Source: Eledone cirrhosa (lineage: Eukaryota). Taken from it: a stretch of 64,000 bases of DNA. A program made the translations under genes and the position numbers. The notes under the pieces were generated by a model. The model was given only the letters and a program-made list of their open reading frames with translations. It did not search any database and was not told the DNA's origin. This document shows positions 28,543-41,920 of this stretch, piece after piece. Within the stretch, counting starts at the first letter, position 1, and every line of letters starts with the position of its first letter. Where the stretch lies: the NCBI GenBank assembly GCA_964016885.1, contig OZ024742.1, positions 147,374,001 to 147,438,000 of the forward strand, in the 5' to 3' direction.

Positions 28543-29719
28543 TTAGGTTGTCTCACATGAAATGTCGTATTTTTAATAAGTTTCTTTATCAGCCATTTAT
28601 AAGCTTGATTATGTGTATGCTTGTGTTTAATCTTAACTATCTTTTATTCCAAACAATATTACCATTCAAAATCACTACCCAAAATCCTCTGACAATGTTG
28701 ACAACTAAACAATTCCGAGTGGTTTTCTTGTACGAATACAAGCTGGGTCACTCGGCCTCAAGCCCTACGAAACATTAAGTGAGCTTTTGGTAATGATTCT
28801 GTTGACACCAGAACTGTCCAGAGATGGTTTCAAAGATTTTGTTCAGGAAATGAGAGCCTTAAAAATGAACCAGAGAGGGAGACCCATATCAGTAATTTGC
28901 CATGATGAATTGAATGCTTTGGTTAAACAAAATCCGAGAACAACCGTTCGAAAAATCTCATCTGAGCTCCAGACATCTCGCTCAACTGTTTCTCGACACC
29001 TGAAGAAAATTGGAAAAGTCAAAAAGATGGACAGGTTTGTTCCACATCAACTTAATGAGATTCAAAGAAACAGACATCTTACAGTGTGCTCAATCTCGAA
29101 AGAGATCCATCTTTGCATCGACTCATTACGTGTGATGAGAAATGGATACTCTTCGATAACAGCAGAAGGACTGGACAGTGGTTAGATGCAGAAGAGTCAC
29201 CGAAACCACCATTGCACCCTAAGAAGTTGATGGTCACTGTATGGTGGTCTGCAAAGGGGATTATTCATTATTCATTTTTGCAACAAGGCAATACTGTAAC
29301 AGCAACATCATATTGTCAGGAAATTGATCATATGCATGAAAAATTGAAGAAGCATCCCAGACTAGTGAATAGAGATGGCCCAATTTTGCTTCACGATAAT
29401 GCACGGCCTCACACCTCTCAAGCTACGTTCCACAAGTTGCAAAGTCTGAATTATGAAATTTTGCAACATCCTCCCTATTCTCCTGATATCTCTCTTACTG
29501 ATTATCACTTATACGCAATAAAACATTCTTAAATAGAGAAGAGGTAATTGAAGCATTCGGACAGTTTATCAGTGCAAAAGATGATAAATTCTTTGAAGAT
29601 GGAATATATGCCTTAGAGGAATGTTGGGCGAAGGTCATATGTAAACAAGGATCATATTTTGAATAAATTAAACACTTAAAAACAATTTTATTCTTTCCAT
29701 TTCATGCGAGACAACCTAA
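28543..29719 (+). mobile_element. Full-length mariner (Hsmar1/SETMAR-like), frameshifted transposase ~28695-29667
   Basis: TA-TTAGGTTGTCTCACATGAAATG...CATTTCATGCGAGACAACCTAA-TA. Motifs FVPHQL, TCDEKW, HDNARPH, HPPYSPDISLTDY. Confidence 0.95.
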
Positions 29720-29738
29720 TATATATATATATATATAT

Positions 29739-30175
29739 GCATGGCTTAGTGGTTAGAGCATTGGGCTTGTAATCGAAAGACTGAGTTCAATACTCGGACC
29801 AGGTGTTGTGTTGTTTCCTTGAGCAAGACACTTTATTTCACATTGCTCCAGTTTACTCAGCTGTAGAAATGAGATGATAGGACTGGGGTCCCTATCATTC
29901 CATTGCAAAGTGGTCGTGAAAGTGCCACAGCAAAAAAGCACCTGGCCCACACTGTAAAGTGGACGTGTAGGCGCCATGGAAAAAAAAGCACCTAGCACTC
30001 ACTGTAAATGAGGTTGGTGCTAGGAAGGGCATCCAGCTGTAGAAATCAAGCCAGAATCAGTTCCCTTATGAGCAAGACAAAGTCAGCCAACCAGACACTG
30101 CCCACAACAGGACAACCCATCTAACCCATGCTAGCGTAGAAGAACAGACGTAAAAACAGTGATGATGATGATGAT
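29739..30175 (+). mobile_element. SINE variant with RTE subfamily B tail
   Basis: Same tRNA head and core, but the 3' part matches 51780-52045. Confidence 0.88.
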
Positions 30176-31239
30176 ACCCAATGTGTTAGTTGGATATGTC
30201 TGGAGATAGTTATGCTTCACATTATATAGAGGAAGAGAGAGAATTAACACATTGGCTGAAGGTGGAGTATATTTACTGAGTAAGATGGCAGCCAAAGAAT
30301 AGTGCATTCACACACTGAAGTAAATATCTGTACAAAGTTGCTTTCTTTCCAGATTTTTTTCAGTCCTTTTTGACAAATGGCAGCAACATTTTAAGATCAT
30401 TTTCTTGTTAAAGTAGCGGTTAAAACATATTTGAAGATCTATAGTCGTTTTCTCAAATCATTTCTTTCTTTTCATACTATTTTAGTGTATATTACATTCA
30501 ATTTTTCAATTTATATGGACATACATACATTTTACATACTCATTTAGGCAGTATTGGTTAATCCTGTGCTAAATATGTATTTGTAATGTTACCAACATAG
30601 AGAAGTAATTTGTTTTTATTAACATATCTATGCATTATTTATTTACCTACTGTTAGTGGTAGACATACTTTCAAATTTACCTGTCATAAAGGTGACGCTT
30701 TAGAATGTGTTGTATACTATATATATTAAATGTGCCTTTTTGCCTGTGTAGAGTCATTATCTTACTTGTACACAACACACATCTCCACAATTCAACCAGA
30801 TTTACCTTTCACTGTAGAAGCCCTAAAATACATTATACTATTCTATGGGGGTGTACAGTGGTGATTGGGTTATCATTTGTTGGCTAGATACTCTTCCTAT
30901 TATCAACCACTTTAGTGTCATCTCCCTATTAGTTTTCGTTCAAAATGACTACTCTACTAAATGGGCTGTCTTCAGTACAACTTATGAAGACCATGTCTAT
31001 CCCCTAGGAAAAAGTACTCAATACTGAAGTAGAGTTTTAATATTCATTTTACTAAGGCTAAATAGTGAATCTTGTTACTCCGGTGTATTGCCTGTTCATC
31101 AGATGACCGTGATGAACTCCAGATTAACTAGATTCACTATTTAGCCTTATTAAATGTACATATATATATATATGAGTAGTGAAAATTTGGCATGCAGATA
31201 GGGTTCCGTCCTCTGTCTCCTGTTTATCAGTTTTTCAGG

Positions 31240-32100
31240 CAATAACAGGACCTTAAGACTGGCTGCCTATGGAAACTACTGCACATTTGTATGCTTATGA
31301 TCTGCTCATCATAACTGAATCTTTAGCATTTACAACTGTATTTTCATAGTAAAGGCTTTATCTCACATAATATCAAATCTATGAGATTTTGATATTTATT
31401 TTGAGGACAATACCTTAACATCAGTATTAGTGGCTACTTACAGTTGGTTTGAACAGAAAGAGGGGAGAAAATTCTGGCCAGATACAGCTGGTTTAAATAA
31501 ATTTAGAAAGCACTAAGGTCTTAATAAATGGGAAAGTATATGGATTGATAGCAGGGAATTGGATGCATGATGTAGAACTACAAGCAGGTTAGCAGAGAGA
31601 GTAGGCTTTATATGCAGCAAATATACAAGAGAAATAAGCTCTAGAATACATTAGTAGCTAGAATAAGATCAGTATGGATAAAGTGAAGGGAGTTCTGTTG
31701 GCAACAAACAGGCTCCCTTTCTACAAGTGAAGAGTAAATTATATAATGCCTGCATGGCAGTGAGACATAGACCTTGACTGCAAAGACAAAATGGAATAAA
31801 ATGAGTATGTTCCAGTAGATCTTTGTGTGCATGAACAATGTAGCATAAGCAAGTTGGGAGAAAAATTTGGTATAAAAGGAATCATGTTGTATGCAAGATG
31901 GAAGACTGTTGTTACTATCATATATGGAAGGTGATAGCTGTTATATAGAAGTGCAGAGATATCTCAGTGGATGGGAATTGTGGAAAAATGGTAAACATGG
32001 AATGAAGTGAAGTTTGATTTTAGGAAGCTGAGCCTCATAACAAAGGGCCACAATAAGTGGCAACTTATGGTACTGGAGATGTCTTGCCCACTGACATAAA
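31240..32100 (+). mobile_element. Highly decayed RTE with an inserted piggyBac-type MITE (~31320-31500)
   Basis: KTGCLWKLL and LHGSET remnants; the MITE is the reverse complement of 12416-12610. Confidence 0.6.
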
Positions 32101-32720
32101 ACTGTTACATCCAATATGCTATTAACCCCAATTTTTCTCCATTTTTACTGTACCGTCTACTACACCATTACACCTCTCATCAAACATTGTATCATAACCA
32201 TGTAGCAACATGTGATATTTGGCCTATTTACCCGACTCTTTTACCACCACTCTTTAGCACTGTTATCATCATTGCACCCAACTTCATACCATTTAGTCCC
32301 GCCACTGATCAGCCATAACAATACCTCTCCTATTCTCAAGCATGTTTACCTTGGAACAAGGCAACGTCTTCTAGTACTAATACATAATATAATGCACTTG
32401 GTAACTTCTAACAATACAGGGTTGAGAGGACTCCTCAGTTACGTCATAGACACGACTTCGTCAGAGCTGCTATAATAAAATGCAAACAATATACTCTGTA
32501 AATTGGTTGACATTAGGAACAGCATGTAGCTGTAAAAACTATGCCAAAAATTAGGACCATAGCTTATATTAAATACCGACAGTCTATGCTGACCCATCCA
32601 ATCCACGCTAGCAAGAAAAAAAATGTTAAACGATGATGATAATGATGATGACATGAAACTTTGTACATGCTCAACCATACAAAACAAACAACTGCACAAA
32701 AACCTAGTCAAGAAATAATA

Positions 32721-32726
32721 TTTATT
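32721..32726 (-). terminator. Candidate poly(A) signal of eIF2-gamma
   Basis: AATAAA on the minus strand ~180 nt after the stop. Confidence 0.45.
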
Positions 32727-32902
32727 AAACTGCTTCTGTAGTTGCATATTAGCAAAGTCAGGCAATAAACCATGAAAATTCTGCACTTATTGCAAGTTAT
32801 TATTGTTTAAATGTGTTCTCTCAGAAAATCTCGTTGCCAATCAGAGAAGTAGAAGGATCAATTACATGAAGTGTAGCGATGTAGTAATTGTAAGGTTTGC
32901 TC

Positions 32903-32966
32903 TCACTCATCAGGACCAATCGGTTTCACAGTCAAACCACGACGTATTTGTCCCCAGCCAATTAAT
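32903..32966 (-). CDS. EIF2S3: eIF2 gamma exon 13 (LIGWGQIRRGLTVKPIGPDE*)
   Basis: ttgtAG acceptor, conserved RLIGWG, TGA stop. Confidence 0.96.
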
Positions 32967-33352
32967 CTACAATAGAAACAGTTTTCACCAGTTTAGTTTT
33001 AAATAAAAAAACAATGAAATAATTATCAACATTCTGTAATGATTTAGCAGAAAATATCTAAAAAGGGGTTTCTTAATTCCAATGTTTATAGCATCTTTAC
33101 TTGGGGACAGATTGTTGAAAAATATGGTGCATTAGAGTAAAGACTTCAATTTCTAATGTCATACAGTGCTGTTTTCTATTTATACTTGTAGAGAGATCAA
33201 AATGAAAATTTGCAGTAAACTAAAATAAAGACTTAATTTTTAATGTGATGCCATTAATGTCTGTTTTATACTTTTCAAGAATGCCTTGCTAATGTGGTTT
33301 CATATATGGTATTGGATGTTAAATGTTTAAGACTAAAATAAATTCTTATTAC

Positions 33353-33525
33353 CTCCAATGTTTCTCAACTCTCCGACTCAGTGCAATCTTCTCACCAATT
33401 TCTGTACAAACAGGTGAAGTGAGAACTATCTTTGCCAAATCAGCTTTTACAGCCAAAACTCTGCCACCAGTTGATAAAGAACCTATGTTTACCATTAAAG
33501 TTTCATTCTTGGCTAATTTTTGAAC
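33353..33525 (-). CDS. EIF2S3: eIF2 gamma exon 12 (VQKLAKNE...RRVEKHWR)
   Basis: AG/GT boundaries, 173 nt, conserved domain III. Confidence 0.97.
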
Positions 33526-34043
33526 CTGCAAAGCGAAGAAACCAAAATGAAAATGAATGAACATCAATTAAAAGTCTTTGTAAAATAATCTAGAAATTTC
33601 CAACTTCTTACCAATGAAAAAACGTCTTTACATTAACTAATCAATAACTTACAATTAATAAATTATTAAACTGTATTGTATTTAATCAATAAGTTCAGAA
33701 GTAATGTTATATTCCACAAAACTTTTTAGTTTTAAACAAGCTTTCATCTATAAGAGAAGTAAATAGAAACGTGTCAGTTTCTATGGTGAGTGTTCAAGCT
33801 CTTTGACCACTTGATAGTTAAATTAACATAATTCATAGGGAGATTCAGTGTGTAATAAGGCTGACCTCTTGAATTACAAGTATAGACCATTTAACAAGCA
33901 TCCACACAATTTCTGTTCATCTACTTTTTCTCACAAAACTTGGGTTGACCTGAGCTTATGGTAAATAACACTTGCCAAAGATGCCAGGCCGTGAGATCAA
34001 ACCCAGTACATAAGTGTGAAGCAAGCTCCTTAACAATTGAGCT

Positions 34044-34411
34044 ATCATCATCATTTTACGTCCGCTTTTCCCTGCTTGCAAGGGTGGGACGGGAACTGAT
34101 TCTGGCTTGATTTCTACAGCTGGATGCCCTTCCTAACACCAACCTCATTTACAGTGAGTGCTGGGTGCTTTTTTACCGTGGCGCCTTCACGTCCACTTTA
34201 CAGTGTGGGCTGGGTGCACCTCCACGACCACTTTGCAGTGGAATGATAGGGGCCCCGGTCCCTATCATCTCATTTCTACAGCTGAGTAAACTGGAGCAAT
34301 GTGAAATAAAGTGTCTTGCTCAAGGAAACAACACATCACCCGGTCTGAGAATTGAACTCACAACCTTTTGATTGCAAGGCCAATGCTCTAACCACTAAGC
34401 CATGTGCCTCC
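34044..34411 (-). mobile_element. tRNA-derived SINE with RTE tail, in eIF2-gamma intron 11
   Basis: Reverse complement of the 27034 family. Confidence 0.92.
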
Positions 34412-34980
34412 ATATGATGTGTCAAATCATCCATACATGAATCTTTGTACAATCATCAAGTTAAAGATTATCATAAACTGTTTAGCTCCACTTCCAATCT
34501 TCTCTCATAAATAGAAAAAAAAAATTAATTCAAAAACAAATATTCCTTATTTAATTTCCAGCCAGTTTGGTACCATTTCCAATCACTTCGATGTTTGTAT
34601 TAATTTTGAACCAATAACAAAGACAAAGTGTAGAAGACATTCTGGGTGACTAACAATTTGTTATGTTTTAACAGTGATACAACAGAGAGATATAATAAAA
34701 CATTCTGTATGAACGATTTTATATTTCAGTTGCAATGTATTGAACAAGAAATGACCTCACTTGACTTATTTGGAATGATAGAGCTGCTGATTATGGATTT
34801 GGATCATGCCTTTGGTTTGAAGACACCTCCCTCCCTCCCACCAGTCAGGATAGGCTAGTGTCCCAGTTTGAGAACACCCTCCAACCTCTCTTTCACCACT
34901 TTTGGAGGTCCAGAGAATGGGTCCTTAGGAACTGCCTAACTAAATAGTATAAGAAACTAGTAATGGTGTAAATGACAAAC

Positions 34981-35150
34981 CTTGGCTCCTTTCTTATCTC
35001 CTTCAGTTTTCACACCCAATAATCGGCGAAGTAAAAAGTAAGAAATTTCCAATTCTGTGTAAATTTCTGGTAAGACTCCAACTCCTCCTAATACCTGGCC
35101 CACCATTCTATCAGCACGGCATAATGTTGGGTCAATTTTCGTTCCAACTC
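34981..35150 (-). CDS. EIF2S3: eIF2 gamma exon 11 ([22 protein letters not shown]...DKKGAK)
   Basis: AG/GT boundaries, 170 nt. Confidence 0.97.
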
Positions 35151-35448
35151 CTGCAAAAATAAATTCATAGAAAAATTTAAAATATAATTAGAGATTACAA
35201 ATTTTAATAGATATTGTTTTTTCAAGTTTACCTTCGAAAGTAGAATAAAAAAAAAAAAATTAGATGCCAAATTGCAATATTTTTTACAATTTTACAAATT
35301 ACAATAGATCTTCTATTTGGTAATATCTATTTTTTGGTGCCAACATGGCTATGTGGTTTCAGGCTTGGTCCCATTCTATGGCACCTTTTGGTATAGAAAG
35401 AGTTAAAACACGTAGAGAAATAATAAAAAAAAAAAAAATTCCTTGTAC

Positions 35449-35593
35449 CTATTAAGCCACCAGGAACTGCATACTGCAAATCATTTTGCTCGGCAAATAG
35501 TGAGAGAATTCTGGATAAAATAGGTTTACATGACAGTTGACCATCTTTTTCTTTACTCACTATTCCAGGCCGGACTTCTATTTCTTGGCCAAC
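35449..35593 (-). CDS. EIF2S3: eIF2 gamma exon 10 ([10 protein letters not shown]...PGGLI)
   Basis: AG/GT boundaries, 145 nt. Confidence 0.97.
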
Positions 35594-36664
35594 CTGAAAC
35601 ACAATTATATCAAATTAATACACAAACTTGACATTTATCTAGTCTGACAGAATACCAGTTATGAAACAAAAAATTGTAAACTTAAATGTGATCCAGCTAT
35701 GCATAACTTAATACCACTATTACATGTCAATTATTATACCAAATTGACAATTCTGTAGTGTCACACCACGTCAATTATTATACCAAATATAGCAAGCTAT
35801 CATTTCTATAGTCTGGCACCATGTCAATTATACCAAATTTCATTAACTTCGATGTGCTTCAGTCATAGCTAACTTAATATCACCATAATTACATAATGCA
35901 TACTATCTTCTATTGATTTATTCTTCGTCATTTTACGCCAACTTTCTATGTTGGCATGAGTTAAAGCAATTATCATACATTTAAGATATCCAGATGAAAT
36001 TCACAAGTTAAGGTGATCATAAGGACACAAACACATGAAAATGCTTTAGTGAAATTTAGGTTTAATCTTCACAGAGATTGTTAAGCATTAGACCAAGAGG
36101 ACAGAAAATGTCACATTGCATCACAATCTTCCTGTTCTGAAATGTTAAGTATAAGCCTCTCACCTAGGATGCAAGCTGCTGTAATACTTTCTTCAGCAAC
36201 AACCTGGTGAAATCAGGATCAGGCTGTTACCCGATAAGCAGAAAATCCTAAGCTGTCAGTGGCTCACCAGTAAGATTATCATTGAACCCATAGTAGTAGA
36301 AACATCTGGTATCCCTGAACCACTGCCTTACTTACTGTCATTGGGATGGAGTTAGCCATTTGCAAGAACAAGTCATACAAGTTGGTTTGTTTCTCTCAAG
36401 ACAACATCTATCTGGTTCTTTACAAAGGACACTACCAAGGACATAAGCTCTCTAGTGACAGTGTCATGACAAAATGAACTAGGTGCACTCTGTAAAGTGA
36501 TTGGCCTTATGAAAGGCATCCAGTCATAGCAGCCATGCCAAAACTTGGCCAGTCTAAAAAGACAGCAGCTGTAAAACACTATGTCAAAAAGTCTCACTCA
36601 ACCCATGCCAGCATTGAAATGTTGACATAAAAATGATGATGATGATATATCAATTTAATATTAC

Positions 36665-36759
36665 CTTCAAAACTCCTTTTAAAATACTACCACCAGCAAC
36701 ACCACCCTTTACTTCATTCACTTCACAGCCTGGTTTATTGACATCAAAGGATCGAATAA
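36665..36759 (-). CDS. EIF2S3: eIF2 gamma exon 9 ([11 protein letters not shown]...GVLK)
   Basis: AG/GT boundaries, 95 nt. Confidence 0.97.
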
Positions 36760-37758
36760 CTGCAATTAATAAAAAACACATTGATCATAAATCAATTGAT
36801 ATGTCACCAAATCTAAGACTTAGCAAACTTTATAATAAAATTTATAAATACGAGGACATAACCAATTATTTTACAGATGGATTAAGAAATATTCAATTTC
36901 TGCACCAAATTATAGATTGTGTACATATATGATAGGTAGATAGACAGAAAAAGAAAGAGAAACGGAGACAGACATCACCACCAGCAGAGAATGGTTTGAA
37001 ATACGCACCCCACCTACTGTCTTTTATTTGTGTTCCATGAATTCTAAAGAAATTTAGAACACTTCGACATATTTAGCATTTGTGTGTGATAGGACAACAA
37101 CAATGTATATTTATAATACAGATTAAACAGAATTGTATTGAAATATGTAGTTGAATCAGTTCTTTATCAGCTTCATGATAATGGTGAAGGTGCACGGACT
37201 AGTGGTTAGTGCTTTGTTTGGGCTCACAATCATATGGTCATGGTTTCAAATCTTTGACCAAGCAGCATGTTAGTCCCTTGATCAAGATGTTTCACATCAT
37301 ATTGCTCCAGTCTAATAATTTTTCCTCCAATTTTCATGTTCCTTTGTGATGTTCAGCACCCTGAAATTTGCTTACTACTTTCAAAGACACTACTGTTTCA
37401 GACAAGACACTTAACTATTTATCTCAATCAACCTACATAGGTCCTAGTTTGTTTGACAAGGATAATTGCTGAGTTACAACTCTCCTATCCAGATAGACAA
37501 ATAGATGGGTGTTAATACTTGTCCTGTTTCAATGTTACAGAAACTAGTGAGAAACTCTATTGTGAATCATTGTAGTGCTTATGTCTCACCCAGTACACTA
37601 TGTAGTTGGCATTAGGAAGGGCATCCAGCTATAAAAATCAAGACAAATATGAAACATATAAGATGTAGTTCTCTGATCAGTTTAGTTATGGGCTTCCCAC
37701 CAGCATGATGATAATGTTATCAGTTTAATATGTAGTGGGATATATATCAGGAACTTAC

Positions 37759-37893
37759 CTATTAACCTTGGTTCTGATTTAAAGTCTCTCAAGGGGACAG
37801 GGATTTTTTTATCAATATATTCACATACAACATCAATGTTATATTTCAACTGAGCAGATACAGGTATGATAGGTGCACCCTCAGCAATTGTAC
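37759..37893 (-). CDS. EIF2S3: eIF2 gamma exon 8 ([15 protein letters not shown]...EPRLI)
   Basis: 135 nt. AAG acceptor after a pyrimidine tract, GTAAGT donor, G5 SA motif. Confidence 0.96.
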
Positions 37894-38881
37894 CTTGACA
37901 GAGGAGAAAAATAAAAGGAAAAGTATTATTTGCTTTATAATAAAGAAACAATATAAGTGAGTATGATATTCGAACTAACATTTTAGAACAATACTTATAT
38001 TTCTAATGAAAGGCACTGACTATGATTTCCAAAATAATAAAGAATTAGGAAAGATTTAATAATAAAACTTTCTCATTATTAAACTGGTGTTTGGAACATA
38101 AGTTATATCCTTCTTGGTTAAATCTCATTTTATTTTCTTATATAGAAATTTTACCAAACTTTTCCAAATCAAATAAGGGATAGCAGAAATGAGAATTACA
38201 GTATCGTTTGATTCTATCTATTTACTTTCTGAGTTCAAACCCCACCTAAATCAACTTTTGCCTGCAGTCCTGCAATCAATATAATCAAGTAAAAGTAAAG
38301 AAGAAAAAAAAAGGAGGGGAGAAGAACGGAGCCAACTATTAGATTAGACAAAGAAATTTTTTCCACCGTTTTTGTTTCATTGCTATTATCTGTTTGTTGT
38401 AGGTTATGGTAGGGGAGGTGGGATTCCAATTCAGAACACACAAAACCAGATAAGATACTGCAAAGCATTCCATCTGACTCTTTAATAACTCTGTCAATCC
38501 ACAGCCCATGGACTGGTACTTTATTGACACTGAAAGGATGAAAAGCCCCACAAGAGACCCATAACTACTGAATCAAATAAAACCCTTGAAAGCATGCATG
38601 TCACATCAGTAAAAAAAAAATAATAACAGTTCAAGGTAGACCCTTTGATACCAACCATCCCGAAACTGCCCTTAGTTTTATGATACAGAACTTTATTTTA
38701 AAGAGTTTATATTTATCTAAACTTTGTTAAGCTCAACAATAAGAAAATCAGTTATATTACGAAATCCCTCATAATTCTTGATTATTTAAAAAAATTATTT
38801 GAAAATCATAGGCACAGTTTTTTAAAAAATTAGAAATATGGTAATGGAAGAGTTAAGAATATAAGGCCAAGAAGTACACAC

Positions 38882-39040
38882 CTTTAACAAAAGCTAAAAT
38901 CTGCTCATATTGCTCCTTGGCTTGGGATTCTTTGACCAAATCTATTTTATTTTGCAAAATAATAATGTGTTGCAATTTCATAATTTCTATAGCAGCTAAA
39001 TGTTCTGAAGTTTGTGGTTGTGGGCAAGGTTCATTACCCG
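38882..39040 (-). CDS. EIF2S3: eIF2 gamma exon 7 ([14 protein letters not shown]...NKID...FVK)
   Basis: 159 nt, G4 NKxD motif. Confidence 0.97.
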
Positions 39041-39829
39041 CTGGAGAGAGAGAAAGACAAATATAACATATACACACCAACATTTTAAACATTTAAAGCT
39101 ACTGTTACAATAAAACAACACATCAAAACTTAACAGCCAATAGAAATAACACTACTACTATCAGTGGTCCATGTTACTCAAAGCCGTCAGACTCAACTAA
39201 CTCACTGAACCCTCCTCCTTGCCTCACCTACATTGAACTGCCTAATTTTTCTTCCTCACAGTGCCATAACTCTTGAATTCCATCCCCCATCCATTGAAAT
39301 ACAATTGTTTATGAAGGACATCAACACCTCACTCAGCCACAGAAGACATTGAAAATCAAAGGTTACAGCCATTTCCTCAAAACTACAATACCTCACCAAA
39401 ATTGTGAAGGTCATAGATTATAGAGGGCAGGGTATGAAGGTTACACAAGACAGGCTGTGAAAGCCATAATCCAGTCACACTCTTCAAACACCAACAACCC
39501 ACCAGTTCACAGCCCTTTCTTTTAGACAAAACCATTAAAAAAAAAATTGAATAATCTCAACAGCAACAATAAGGTGTGTTAGCTGTACATATAAAATATT
39601 CAAAGGATTAAACATGATACCAGCATCACAACAGGAATAGTAAAGGGCTAGTGCTGGTGCCACAACAAAATGCACCCAATCCACTCTGTAAAGTGGTTGG
39701 CATTGGGAAGAGCATCCAATCATACAAACTATGCCAAAAAATGAAATAAGCTAGAGGTAGTTCTCTGACTTCAGACTGTGACAACCCACCTAATCACAGC
39801 CAGCATGGAAAGTGGACATAAAACAATAG

Positions 39830-40345
39830 TGAAACTGTCCAGAGACGTGCAACCAAATGAATACCCTCCAGCAGGCATCTACCATACTCTGAACGCCTTG
39901 CTTCCCTGGGCATGGATACATTAAAGCTTCAATTTCTGGCAACTGACTTGGTAGACATCCACAAAATTATTAACCATCTTGCTAACAATCCTGAGCACCT
40001 TTTTGAATTCCATGTGTCTAACACGCGTGGACATGCTTACGAAATCATAAAACAGCTCAGCTCCCATGACTTTTGAAAACATTTTCTCGTGTTCAGAGTT
40101 GCTGAAGCATGGAACAAACTACCTGCATCAGTTGTTAGCTGTCAGGACAGTGCATCCTTCCCGAAATTCGCCAACACTATATCTGATATTCCCCCTCCAT
40201 AAACATGCACGCATGTATTTGTGCGTAATCATGACCCACACACTGTTCACTTTCCTTACATTTGTACATTATTCTACGTACTATACATGCACCTTTGATG
40301 AGTTGTAGTGCACCTGAGCACTGTATACAATTTTTATTATATTAT
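39830..40345 (+). mobile_element. CR1/L2-like LINE 3' end in eIF2-gamma intron 6
   Basis: Same family as 9740-10060; TRGHAYEI and WNKLPASVV motifs. Confidence 0.75.
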
Positions 40346-40367
40346 ATTCTTAAAAAGTAATATTTAC

Positions 40368-40462
40368 CAATAAGTAAGAGAGCAGCATCCATAACAGCAG
40401 CTCCGTTCAACATGGTGGCCATAAGAATGTCATGGCCAGGACAATCAACAAATGATACATGC
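40368..40462 (-). CDS. EIF2S3: eIF2 gamma exon 6 ([31 protein letters not shown])
   Basis: 95 nt, G3 DCPG motif. Confidence 0.98.
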
Positions 40463-41198
40463 CTAAAGAGAACAAACCATTAATTAATTCATCAGTTAAC
40501 AAATATATACAACAAAAACATACACATCCTAATCTAGAGTTATTGTCCTAATAAAGATAATTTGTGGTTACACTTTCAACAATAGCTTTGGACTGATGAA
40601 TGTCTTGTTAGTGGAATTTGGTAGCCAGAAACTGGCTATAAGCCCACTGTCATCAATGTGTGTATATATGTATGCCTGACTGTTTGGAAGCCCATTGGAT
40701 AGACTACTTGTAATTTAACCCTTTAGCATTTAAAATGACCGTATCAAAATGTGAAATAGTCAGCCATCTATACACTAATTTTACAAGCAGGCTGACTATT
40801 GATTGAACATTTGAAACACTCATTGTCAAGACCAATTGAGGCTCATTCCATGTATGTCAATTGTTGTAAATGTCATATCAACTCTGTTTATAAAATAAAG
40901 CCTATGATGCAGGTGTTTATGTCCGCCATGTAAAATACATCAGGTAGAGTTACAGTTTGACAAATAGCCATAAAAAACCTGCCAGAAGAGATCTCATTTA
41001 ATCCATATAAGCATAGAAAAACAGATGTAAAAACAATGACAATTATATATGCATGTGTTTGTGTGTATCTTTCCCTCTGTGGGTCTTCTTTTTTTTTTTA
41101 AATAAATAAATGGATTATTTTCCTATTATAAACTAATAATTTCTTAAAAATTTCTAATCAAGGAGGTTTTACAGTTAATGTTTCAAATGTAAAGTTAC

Positions 41199-41320
41199 CG
41201 TAACAACTGGAATTTTCCTGTACAGCCAAGACGATCACATGGGAAAATATCTTCCTTTGCACTGCCGCAAGACCGATAATTGCCAGGACGTTGACAAGAT
41301 TCCGAGTCACATTTATATAT
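41199..41320 (-). CDS. EIF2S3: eIF2 gamma exon 5 (IYKCDSESCQRPGNYRSCGS...FQLLR)
   Basis: 122 nt, AG/GT boundaries, zinc-ribbon insert region. Confidence 0.95.
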
Positions 41321-41467
41321 CTGAAATTTCAATACTATATCTATAAATGGGTCCATTGAAATATTTTTAATAGAAATATATGTATATTATTTAAATTAAT
41401 AGGACATACATATAAATAATACAGATGTTGGACAAAAAAAAAAAAAAAAAAAAAAAAAAGACTTTAA

Positions 41468-41920
41468 CCCTTTCATTACCATATTTCTAATCAAAGACAC
41501 TATCTATGATTTTTCAATTAATTTTGAAAATAATTTGTAGGGATTTAATATAACTTTTTCATTATTAACGCTTTAACATTTAAACCGGCTGTATTCAGCC
41601 AGAATTCTCTCACCTCGTTTTGTTCAAACTGGCCGTAGGTATCTGCTCATACTTATGTTAAGGTATTGTTCTCAAAATAAATAACATCAAAATCTCATAG
41701 ATTCGATACCATGTGAGATAATTATGTAAGATAAAGCCTTTAAAAATACAATAGTATATATAGAGTAGTGTAAATGCTAAAAGGTTAAACTGGTGTTTGA
41801 AACAAAAGTTTGTACATAAAATTATGACAGAAGATTTTTAGATAAGTATAAACACTTTAAAATAAACAGCTCTGTATCATAGATCCAAATGCAGTTTTAG
41901 GTTGTTTAGAATCAAAAGGG
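41468..41920. mobile_element. piggyBac-type MITE carrying a nested second MITE (41569-41784)
   Basis: Outer TTAA-CCCTTT...AAAGGG-TTAA. The inner element is also TTAA-flanked and homologous to 12416-12610. Confidence 0.78.

Noticed and set aside
28695-29667. Domesticated SETMAR-like gene
   Set aside because: Intact TIRs and TA TSD, several frameshifts and no SET domain, so an ordinary dead mariner.
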